DNA of 64,000 bases from Chrysomallon squamiferum. Its lineage: Eukaryota; Animalia; Mollusca. The notes beneath the pieces are model-generated. The model made no database searches, was not told where the DNA came from, and saw nothing but the letters and a program-made list of their open reading frames with translations. The position numbers and the translations under genes were made by a program. Positions 52,311-64,000 of this stretch are shown one piece after another (the first letter of the stretch is position 1; the number at the start of each line of letters is the position of its first letter). The stretch covers positions 12,958,001-13,022,000 of the forward strand of contig CM022678.1 of the NCBI GenBank assembly GCA_012295275.1. Direction: 5' to 3'.

Positions 52311-54584
52311 TTATGAACAAGCTCTGACAGTCTGCAGATACTGAACCCGTGACGGATGATCATCGGCAGGTCGATTCACTGCAGTCCACACTGGGGTCCC
52401 AGTGAACAGTCGATTTGCCTTGATATAGTCCTGCAAATATTTATTAAAAAATATAAACAAAATAACAACAGAAAGAAATATCAAAGAAAAAGAAATCAAT
52501 TAAAAGAAATCATTATATGAATTTATTAAAAATGATCTTTAAACTATCGACATCACTATTTAAAAAAATCTTGTTGCGTGTTGGTTAAGTAAAATATATG
52601 GAGTTTGAAGTGGTAGGCTCCTCACCTTTACTTTATCGTTAAAAATATTAAAAAAGTAATTAATTATGTACTAATTAATTTATTTGAAATAATAACTAAA
52701 CGTGAGATTTACAGAATGAAGTTATATAATCTCTCTATCAAAAGTAAATTATTAATACCTTTTTATCAAGGGTAAATCGATGGTAGATTCCGGCTGGGAG
52801 GACAAGCAGATCCCCCTTCCCACATTCTATTCTGATCCACTTGTCATCAGGAGTTCTGACATCAAAGTAACCTGACCCCTCCAGAATATACCTGATTTCT
52901 TCATCAGCATGAAGGTGTTCTTGGAAAAATATTTTCAGCTAGACACAGGAAGAATTGTAATGGTGATTAATTAAAAATTTCATTAGAAAAACATTTGATA
53001 AGCAAGGACAAAACCTTTAAAACTTTTACATTTTTTTGTAAATTCAGCAACTATGTTATATTTTGCTTGCTATCAGTAACTGATACTGTGTTATTAAATG
53101 CTGTGTAATTTAACTGAAGTATTTCTTGTATGTTATGTTTTATACTAAAAGTTATAGATATGTTGTGGTGTATACTAAAAGAAATCATTTATATTGTACT
53201 TGAGATGTGTTTTAATATTGTGTTCTATAATAAAAGAATACATTGAGTTATCAAACAGATGTATTTTATGTTGTGCTGTATAATAGAAGAATCCATTTTG
53301 TTTTGAACAATAAATATATTTTGTATTGTGTACCAGATCTAACTCATGGTTTGTTTACAGAAATATACTTTATAACAGGAGTACTGTGGTTTAGAGTTAT
53401 ATGCAACAGATGATGATGTATAACAGGTGTATCTTATGCTGTAACCTGAGGATACTTCTTACTATAAACATTCATTCACCTTGTTGTCATAGTCAGGCAG
53501 TGTGTCACGTGCTATTTCGATGGTATCTTCATAACTATATCCTCTGTCAGTTCGAATCTTCAATAGTTCAGGATCTTTGATGTCACCACTCAACTAAAAA
53601 TTAAAATTAATAATTGGGTTGGTATCATTCAATATCACTCAAAAATAAAGACACACACATGCACACACAAACAGACAATTTCAATAAATGGTACAGACTG
53701 ATATTATGGTAATATGCTAGAGATTTTGAAAATAAATACAAATATTCATATAGAAGCCAAGCAATTAATTATTTAGTAATTTAAATAACAACTGTCAGTA
53801 TTATCTGTATCTGTAATGACTCACATATAACATCTTAAGTAACACTAAAAAGTAAAAAGTTTTGATATAAATCAAATATGATATTCTTGTCATGTATTTT
53901 CTTACTAATAATTTCTCACTGTTTTTGATAAAATGTATTTACTGTAAATTGTATCTGCTAAAAAATTAAAGAAATTATACACCATAAATAAATATAAAAC
54001 GTATTTACTGTATGTGCTAAAAAATTAAAGAAATTATATAAATAAATATAAAAACAAATGTTCTCATATTAACTTGCAAATATATTAACTATACACAGAT
54101 AAACAAGACACACACCTGAGACGATCTGTTACTCTAGCCTAACCTCATTTCAGTCTGCAGAAATCTGACTGAAACATGAACTTAATTTCACCTTTCTGTT
54201 ATTGCAGATTCAGTCAACTGGAACAATCACAAGGTCAACAACCAAACAATAATAAATTATAAACAAATCTGATGCATATTTTTACAGCAGAACCAGAAAC
54301 TTACTCTTAATATTTTTTTAAATCTGGATATGGTGAAGTTGATTAATGCAATTATGCAACAACTGGGGGTCATCAAAACTGTGTCTTTGTAGTCTTGGTG
54401 GGCATTGAAGTTGATGGATTGTGGGAATGTGTCCTATTGACAGCAAATTTTTCTATTATTATATTTACATTTTATCATCTTTTTATGACTTCTATCATTG
54501 TTGTACATTCACTAAATTCACTAAATTCAGAAAATGATACTTTTTTTTTATAATCATAATGTTATATTTTAGTTAACCATGGAA

Positions 54585-54616
<32 letters not shown>

Positions 54617-55063
54617 TTCATTAAAATTGTCATAGCTATTTTGAACCTGCGTTCGATATCTGTGACGTGGTAAATGAACAAGTTCACATAATTATATATA
54701 TATATATAATTTTTAAAACTTTTGTTGACAATGCTATTTATTATTATTATTATTTTATTATTATTTTAAAAGACTGAATATAAACATTTTTGTATTAATG
54801 TTATTTTCTCGTGGTGCCTTATATAATACACAAAACATAGTGACATACATACATACATATATACATACATACATACACACATAATACCTACATAATACCT
54901 ACATAATGGCCTTGGAAGTGGAGAACAAAATAAATATTACCTTCCAGTGAAGAACTCCGAGACCCGACTTCAGTTTCTCCAAACTGACAAACTGCGGTGG
55001 ATCAGTCATGTGAGGGAGGCGCTGATCTTCTGCCGAATCGTCAATGTACCAGGCCCGCACCAT
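52311..55063 (-). CDS. ADI1: Acireductone dioxygenase (methionine salvage, cupin), complete, 178 aa
   Basis: Four GT-AG exons: 55063-54941 ([23 protein letters not shown]), 53593-53480 (..RGYSYED..LPDYDNK), 52938-52759 ([49 protein letters not shown]), 52430-52311 ([27 protein letters not shown]..). The metal ligands EHLHxDEE and YHRF are intact. Confidence 0.98.
53935..54055 (+). repeat. Imperfect about 60-bp tandem duplication in ADI1 intron 1
   Basis: GTATTTACTGTA...TGCTAAAAAATTAAAGAAATTATA...TAAATAAATATAAAA occurs twice in tandem. Confidence 0.85.
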
Positions 55064-55142
55064 TGTGTTTTTAAAGTGAAAAGCGACAGACAACTGCTAA
55101 ACTATTCTCCCGAAGAGCAACCCTTCTAAGTTTGTTGACCTA

Positions 55143-55386
55143 TTTATAACAGGTGATTTCCTGTTAATAGCCTTGACACTTCGGTGCGCATCTTATTGGA
55201 GGAATTTATACATAGAGACGAAAAACAAAAAGGAAGATTGCGACGGACACACCCGCTGACCTGTCAGAAAGCGTGCCCGTCGTAGACGTGCTTCACAACA
55301 GCTAGCTCTGATTAGCACGTTAAATTTTTTCATTCATTCATTCAAAAGGAAGATAAATAAAGATAAATAATGTATTTGGCGCGAAA
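55143..55386 (-). promoter_or_regulatory. ADI1 promoter: TATA, CCAAT and E2F-type site
   Basis: On the minus strand: TATAAA 55143-55148 (80 nt upstream of the ATG), CCAAT at about 55195-55199, and TTTCGCGCCAAA 55375-55386. Confidence 0.5.
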
Positions 55387-56671
55387 AATATCTTTCGCAG
55401 TTTTTAGTCCTGTTAAATCAGTACACGTGCTGTTTAAACGAAATTACTTTTATTTCTTAAATTATTATAATAAGTCATTGCATTTGAAAGATTGCATAGG
55501 ACACCTCAGACAACACAATGAGCATTTTTACAATACTGAGACGAACCATCAATCATCTGCGTCGCTCTGCAAAGCTGTCAAGTATTAATCACTGACCTTT
55601 ACATCATGTGATTCCAACGTCCAAAGATTTCCGAGTCGATTATTTATAATAGAGGTTTTGGGTTTCTTCTTGTAGCGTGTATATATATCTATGACTAAAT
55701 GATACTATTTATTATACCAGCGAATTCTAAAATGTTCGATCTAAAGGAATGTAAAGTCAAAGTTACCGTCACGGTTGGCAAGCATTAGCCAGGAACCGAT
55801 ATAGACCTGTCTGAGCAGTATCCATCAACATGTCCGTCTGAGATGTTTTCTGCCGGCGGATACTTTGACCAGATGTATTAGATGTCTAAGTTTGTGTCAG
55901 AGGACATAATCTATGACGGAAAAAATCTGACAGAGAGAAATTAATCCAAAATGATCAAGCTGGAACTGCATAATTATATTATTCAGTGGCGAATTAGGTT
56001 TTTCCGAAACAATATTTAAATCAGTATAATTTTAAAATTTACAGTATTTGTCTTTTCACAGTTCTTGGCATTGCTGTATTGCCAGAACTACTGCGTCAGC
56101 AAACCAAGCCACATAATCCGTTTCTATTATTAATTAATTAATTAATTAATTAATTAATTAATTATTAGTAGTATTAGTAGTGTTATTATTTTATATTTTA
56201 TTATGACAACTGATTTAGTCAGCCAGCTATTTATAAACTCGAAGTGCAGCGTGGAATATATTTATGTTGTCTTGATGTTTGTTAGAAAATAAATATTCGT
56301 TAATCTATAGAGAAACTGTTAAATGCGGTTGTTTAAATAGAAATAGTTAATCTTATTTTTATTTCGTTTAAATATCTACTAGTAGATGTAATATCTATAG
56401 CTTTCCTCGATTGCTTGGAATGCATAATACTCTGAACTTAGACAGTTTTTAATGTATCTTACTTATCTTTCATCAAATAGGAATTTTATATTACCAACAT
56501 TACAGCTGTGAATATGTTCGTATGAATGAACCTAAAGTGTTCGATACAACTATCGATTCCAACTGAACATTAATTAAGCAAACAATAAATTTAATTCTTA
56601 GAGGGAGAAAATTCGTGTCGGTATGCGTACTGCTATATACAGAGTTATGTCCCTTACATCATTTGTAACGA

Positions 56672-56676
<5 letters not shown>

Positions 56677-56760
<84 letters not shown>
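56677..56760 (+). repeat. (TC)n microsatellite
   Basis: Perfect tract of about 84 bp. Confidence 0.97.
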
Positions 56761-56768
<8 letters not shown>

Positions 56769-57725
56769 TCCTTTTTACAGGTCAGTTTCACACAGATATC
56801 AACATTAGTCGACTGTTTTAGTTTTGTTGACTGAAACGGATTCGGTTGAGTGACTATTTATTTCATGATGTTATTACTGCCTGTTTTTTCTAATTGAAAC
56901 TAATGAATGGCAGAGAATTTCCTCTGTCATTAACTCATCAGTTTTTAACCACTGTGCTCGTGTCGCAATATTTTGAGACGTGTCCATCTACAAGAACTAC
57001 TGTCCAGAATTCCCATTATTGAAACAAAAAGAATCTTTAACACCTTTTGACTAATGATGTAGAGTTGGATTAAACTGTTAAATAAATAATAAATATATAT
57101 TCATTAACGGGCTTAGTGGTAGTTCTGAATTGTCTTCCGAATTCTGTAGAATAGAACTGCCTGTCTCCACTGCCAGCCAAAGGTTATGTTAGAACAGTAG
57201 TTACCATATGACTGCCCAGTCTTTTTATTATTCTTATTGTTGCTATTGCTGTTGTCGTCGTCGTCGTTATTATTATTATTTTTATCATCATCATCATCAT
57301 CATTATTACTATAACCACAAATACCCGTGTAACTTACAGTGTTTTATGAAACGAAAAAGAGAATAAATAAACAGTTCTGTCATTAAATAAAGATGGCGTG
57401 CCGAGATCGTTTTAGTGTCTAGTTCACTATAAAAAGTTGAGTTGAGAAAGTTGAGATCACTGCTTAAACTATTTACTTTTATTTTTAACTATTATTGACA
57501 AATGTTCAAATAAATCTTTATTTTAACCCTTTGTCTGTTTTAAACATGTTTCATTTTAGGATCACGTTCCAAATGCTACTCTGGCATGTGGCGTTGTGGT
57601 CGGCGCATGCGCTGGTGAATTATTTCTACACTGAGATTTAAATATCTTTCTACCTGAGTCATCATCACCGACATCATCCAAATTATCATAATATTCATAT
57701 AATGGGTATTATTATGGTTATTCAA

Positions 57726-57782
<57 letters not shown>

Positions 57783-58863
57783 ATTATTATCACCGATTTC
57801 ATCCATATTAACATCATATTCATTATAATGGTTATTCATATTCAGATTCAGATTCAGCTTCATTTTATGATCAATATTAGTAGTAGTATTGTCATCATTA
57901 TTATTATTGTTGTTGTTATTGCTAACGTTGATGCTATTAATAGCATGGCGTCATCGTTAAAATTTATCCAAAAATATTTTTGTTTCTTTGTTCCTTGACA
58001 TTATTGTTGTTATTGCTTGAGATAAGCAAACAAGTCTGAACAGGTTTATTGACTTATCTGTAACAGCTTAAAAGATATTGTAGTGTCTCACTTGGTCCTA
58101 TTTTATTAATCCAAGAAACATTTCTTTTTATTTGAATACTGCGTAGTATGCACTGAATTGACAGTTATAGTAAGTACGTCATAGAAAAACGCACGTAATT
58201 TTACACATGATTGAAATAACAGGTAGGAATTTCAATAGCGGAACAGTTATATAGCTTTTAAATTGACATTACTTAGCTAGTATTACATACCTGAAAAAAA
58301 GAATTGCGTCATAAATAGAAATTAGGCGTGAGTCTAATGTGTTTTTCTTTCTCAAACAATCTTTTTAATCTACGTGTTTGTTTATTTATTTATTTTCCAC
58401 GGGATGACATATTTTGAATTCTGTACGTTTTTGTTTGTTTATTTGCTTTTGTTTATTTATTATTGTTGTTGTTGTTGTCTGGTTTAGTGATGATTTTGTT
58501 ATTGTCGTAGTTGGTAATTATTTAGCCTCATGATGTAGCTGTTAAGTGAAAATTCTAGGCTTTATTAACGAAATAAAATACCCCAACAACAACAACAATA
58601 ATAAAAATAATAATAAACAGAAGTATAAGAAAATGAAAAAGAATCGACTACCACAGTAACTGTAAAAATTATAACAAAAAAATATAACCAATAAAACAAC
58701 AGAAAACCAACAAAAATCACAACAAAAACAAAACAAACCCCAAAGAATATTTGCAAAAACAAAAATAAAGAAACAAATCCTCCAGAAATCAAAAACAAAA
58801 ACAACAACAACAAAAAATAATAATAATAAATAAATAAAATAAAAAATGATTTACTGATTTAAG

Positions 58864-58868
<5 letters not shown>

Positions 58869-58956
<88 letters not shown>
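58869..58956 (+). repeat. (CT)n microsatellite
   Basis: Perfect tract of about 88 bp. Confidence 0.97.
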
Positions 58957-58958
<2 letters not shown>

Positions 58959-61113
58959 TTCTTGGTTTCTCTCTTTCATTTCATTATTCTATATCTAGAT
59001 TTCGAAATCATAAAACAAAACAAAAATAAGAGCAAAACAATAGATAAGAATAATTTTGCTATTTATATTAATAATTACATATTATAATTATGATGACGCT
59101 ACCATTGTTATATATATATTTTTTTATTATTATATTCATTACAATATATAATAATATCAAACTAATAAAAATTCACAGTTTAAAAAACCCCATGTTTAAA
59201 AGATCATAGCTAGACATTATTGTTTCAGTTACAAAAATATCGCGTGACTTCTTTAACTTGGAAACATTAAAACACAAATTCATACGTTTATCTGACTTTG
59301 ACTTCTGACCTTATCCAACCATCTGGAAAAATGGCTACCACAAACGAGATACTGTGAACAAACACTGAGACTTATCTGTAAATTACTGTATCTGTGAAAC
59401 TGGTTGTAACCGGTTTGTCAGACTGTGATAGCAGAAACCAGGAGATGGTTCTTTTAACAATATAGCACTAACCCGCCTTTTGTTCCTTTGTGACAGGTGA
59501 TTTATTTTGACTATCTACAGTAGTATCTGGTAGTTAAACATGTTACATTTTGTAGCTGACGTTAAACTAATGTTTTATGTCACGTATTCCTCCGTGCAAA
59601 ATTTTCACATATTTGAAGTCATCAAGTGAATTTAAATTAAAAATGTTAATAACAAGTTTTAATAATGTCATCCACTAAATTTTTAAATAACATCAATAAT
59701 AGGAGCAGAAACAAAATTAACGACAATAGCAGCAGCAACAACATTTATTACAAATACAATTATTAAAATAACGACGACAACAGCAGCCATTATTACCACT
59801 ACAGTCATTGTAGCAATAACAACAACAGCAGCAATAACGACACTAGCACGAACAACAACAGTTACTACAAATACTATTATTACCGTTATCATTACAGCAG
59901 CAACAGCAACATCAGCAATTACTACCACTATGATCATTATAACAACAGCAGCAATAACAATTACAATAATACTATTACTACAACAACGATCATTACAACA
60001 ACAGTAACAACAATTACTACAAATACTATTATTATAACAACGACAACGTCAACAGCAGCAGCAATATCAGCAGAGTGCACGAACAACAATTTTTTTCTTC
60101 ATTTATTGTTTATTTGTTTTGTTACTTGTAATTTTCTTTTGTTTTTTTTTTGCTTTAATTTTTTTCTTTTTTTTTGTGTGTGGGTTTTGTTTATTTTATT
60201 TTGCTTTGTTCTTTCGTTTTTATTTTTTATTTTTGTTAAATTTTTTTTTAGTTTTTATTGTTTTCCTTTTCAAACAATTTTTTTTCGCTTGTTTATCTCT
60301 GCTTTTTTTTGTTTATTTTGCTTTATTTTCCACATATTATCATTTTACCGTTTTAAATCAGTTATCTTTTGTAACATCTGTAAACAGTTTCTGCAGAAGA
60401 AGTTAATTTATGTACGTATGTTTGCCTGTACAAAGAGACAGATAGACAGGCAGACAAAGAGACAGACAAACAGACATGAACGCATGAGTGCACACATACA
60501 TATATGCATACTTAAATATGTACACGAAAGAAGGAGAACAGAACATTTAACAATTTAAAAAAAAAAAAAAAATGTAAAAATCATGTGAGGATAGACAAAA
60601 TGAATTATCACTGAGTTTAATAATAAAATTTTATTTACAGATACTTAAAACATTTAGAAAATCTTTGACATTAAACTAAGAGAGTAATAAGTGTTGACTG
60701 ATGGTGGCAAAACACAACACCGTCTACGAGGTATTTTTACTGAACATTTGTAAGAAACGCAGAGATACGATCTTGTAACGCAGAGCGGTAATCTGAACAA
60801 TTAAAGCGCAGACTGAGTCAGGTAAGTACCACCTGCTCATTGCGTTCTACCTCTCTCAACATACCTCCACTGAGCTAAACCCAGATTAGCCGATAATCTG
60901 CTTGAAAACTTGGAATCAGATATCGATAATCCAGCGACCTCCCGGGCCTCAGAGCCTTCGCTGGTTCCATGGTGATTATTAACTGATTACAGCGAAGCAG
61001 AAAAAAAGAGAGAAAAAAGTTTATCAGAGCAGCTAACGCGATAATGGCTTTGTCCGCATATAATTTTTATTATTATTATTTGTTTTATTTTTTTTTCTTC
61101 ATACCTTCTTTTA

Positions 61114-61182
<69 letters not shown>

Positions 61183-61507
61183 CAACAACAACAACTACAA
61201 CTACACTAATAAAAACAACAACAATAATAGTCATTTATTATTATTATTATTATTAGCAGTTGTATTAGAATTATTAACACACACACAAATACGCACACAC
61301 ATTTACACGTATCTTTATTTTTCTGTAAATATCGTGTATATATATGATTAGATTTCTATTTGGGATATTAAAAATGTTATTTGTTTGGTTATTGTCATCA
61401 CATGTATTTAAAGTTTAATTTTATAAAACAGAACTTTTCTAAATAAACAGTTTATCATTTCTTATAATTTAATAATTATGTAATTTATAATTATTCATAA
61501 CAACAAC

Positions 61508-61690
<183 letters not shown>

Positions 61691-62510
61691 AATATAGTGC
61701 TGCTAATAACGTTCAGGTAATTGTATTATTACTTGTTAATTAGTTTGATTGTCCAGTAAAAATATTTACCAGTAGAAGAACATGATACATGGCAGTTAAT
61801 GTAAAACTAGAAGCAAACAATGACGTTTATAAACCAAACATATTTTCTAACAGAAGCAACTGATGTCTTGAAATCTGTAGATATCTGGAAACTGGTGTAT
61901 CATATAATAATAACAAACGTAAAATATAAGTATTATGTATGTTTACATTTATTTTCCATTTATATTTTTGCATTTTACAAATATAGATTTACAAATACTA
62001 TACAGACGAAAGCACATTCACATACACTGAAACACACACACGCACACACACGCACAATCATGAAAACAACAGCAACAAAACACTAATGAAATATAATGAC
62101 GGTATTAAAATATTATTATATTACCGTTAAAAAAAAAAAAAAAAAAATATATATCTATATATGAAATAAAATAATAATAATCTGCACGCTTGTTCAAGGG
62201 TGGTGGGTTTTTAATTTCAAATTATATATTCATTGACGTCACAGCCTATCTCTTTAAATTCACAGAATTACTATCTGAGTTTTTAATACATTTTATGTAT
62301 ATTTATTTCTCTGTACCCCGTAATAAAATAACTAAAGTTTCAAATAGCCGTATTGAAAATATAATACATAGCTTTGAACATGTTATTAAAATTTAAGAAT
62401 TCATTCTTTAGTGTTGACAGACGTAAGGAAAACGGTCAGCTGAATTCATCCTCGTTCAGTGTGTTCTGTTAATTATCAGCTTTTTAATTCAGTAATTGAT
62501 TGTTTCTACA

Positions 62511-62600
62511 GCGCCGCCATGTTCTGCTCGCAGAGCCGCTCTCCCACGGTGCTCGCGAACAATGACGTCACGCTCGAACGCGATTTGGCGCGAAGTAGAT
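62511..62600. promoter_or_regulatory. CpG-rich promoter-like island (YY1, CRE and E2F motifs)
   Basis: GCCGCCATGTT 62513-62523, TGACGTCA 62563-62570 and TTTGGCGCGAA 62584-62594. About 11 CpG in 90 bp. Confidence 0.55.
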
Positions 62601-63188
62601 TGTGCGTCTTTTTCTAAAGAAACCGAGACACTTGACTTAACTGGAGTTTAAAGTTCATTCACGTTATTCACAATTAATACACGGCATTATCATCCGCACT
62701 ATGGTATAAAACACACGCATTATGATTTACACCGTGGTCTAAAACACCAACGTCAAAAGACAACGGCAATTCTTTTGTGTTTTCTGACATGCAACGTCAA
62801 CCCCCACGTCAGCTGATATCAAATGTTACAGATGGCATAAAACGACAAGGCGTTCACATTTCAGACGAATTAAAACATGTTACCTGCACAAAGACTGGCA
62901 AAAAAAAAAAAAAAAAAATGTCCGTTCGGTGAGAAAAAGTAGGGGGTTGGTAAAGAAAAAAAAAATATGATATTTACACTGAGCAGGTTTGATACTTGAA
63001 GATATTTAAATAAAATGAACACACACTGATGAAGCTGTGTTCAAACTGGTTCAGACAGATCGAGTACCAGATTCAGAAAATGTTAAAATGTATTTAAAAT
63101 CAGACAAACTTGACTACACTAGATAGCAGTTTATAATGTTTTATAGTCAGAGTAACCGCAGTGCTGTCTGTAACTGTATGTGTGAATA

Positions 63189-63310
63189 TGTGTATGTGTA
63201 TTTCTGTGTGTAGGTCTGTGTATGTGTATTTCTGTGTGTAGATCTGTGTATGTGTATTTCTGTGTGTAGGTCTGTGTATGTGTATTTCTGTGTGTAGGTC
63301 TGTGTACGTG
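63189..63310 (+). repeat. 28-bp minisatellite (TGTGTATGTGTATTTCTGTGTGTAGGTC) x about 4
   Basis: Four near-identical head-to-tail units. Confidence 0.93.
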
Positions 63311-64000
63311 CATTTTGCTTGCATTTGTGCTTGTGTTTTTGTGTACGTCTATATGTTTATGTGCGTGTGTATGTATGTATTGTATTCGTGTGAATATTTT
63401 ATTTTCTACATTCATGCACACACATACGCATGCATGAAACACTTAAAATAAATATGAAAATAAATAGAATTTCTCTCTTTATTCTCTTCTGAATGTTAAT
63501 TTTGCTGATACGAAGCAGCAGCTCTGTCTGTAAAACTGGAATGAACGAGTAAATATTCAGAATAACATATTTAAAAAAAATAATAATAATAAAAAATACG
63601 CACTATAAAACAACAACAAACAAGCAAAATAATAATAAAAAAAAAACGCACATACAAAAAAAACAAACAAAAAAAACGAACAAAAGACAAAAAGTAATAT
63701 TTAAAAAATGTCTACACAGTTTAAAAACTCATTTGTTATTTTCTTTCTTTCTCAAAAAAACATTTGTTATTATTTATTTATTTTTAATTTTTAGATATTG
63801 TCATTGTTGCTGATGTCTTTGTTTCAGATGTTCTACACTGGTGTTATTTAGCAGACAAATCGCTCATATATTTCTGTTGTACAGATGCATTCTGTACAGT
63901 TTGCACCATTTAAGTATATTCATAAATTTACTTGTAGATTTCCAAACCGAACTGATTTTCACGTAATTTGGTAAACTTTGTTCTGGGACATCCCGATTTC

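Noticed and set aside
55732-56020. Stop-interrupted reading frame upstream of ADI1 (MFDLKECKVKV..*PGTDIDLSEQ..*MSKFVSED..)
   Set aside because: Three in-frame stops and no recognisable homology. It cannot be supported as a pseudogene or transposon without a database search.

Overview
AT-rich, microsatellite-dense eukaryotic genomic DNA from an invertebrate animal. A mollusc or other lophotrochozoan is plausible but is only inference. Nearly all ORFs in the supplied track are microsatellite artefacts; the real genes are spliced and were reconstructed by hand from GT-AG exons. In order: (1) the last five exons of an OXR1/NCOA7-type TLDc gene (+, 1699-4256); (2) a complete 8-exon squalene synthase FDFT1 (-, 10806-15346, 414 aa); (3) about 17 kb of non-coding DNA with candidate promoters and minisatellites; (4) three tandem 7-exon tetraspanins (+; A 32304-35958, B 39780-43111, C 47337-50891); (5) a complete 4-exon acireductone dioxygenase ADI1 (-, 52311-55063, 178 aa); (6) a non-coding tail with regulatory motif clusters. 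The most notable observations are these. The recent A/B tetraspanin duplicate pair has divergence concentrated in the large extracellular loop. Copy B has a compensating -1/+1 frameshift pair that removes the CCG motif while keeping the frame open. Exon 2 of copy B is scrambled and looks like an assembly-consensus chimera. A Tc1/mariner-derived mini-element sits in an intron of copy C. A speculative small minus-strand non-coding unit with H/ACA-snoRNA-like folds lies between the convergent OXR1 and FDFT1 3' ends. No prokaryotic-type system (CRISPR etc.) is present, and no novel system can be claimed with confidence.
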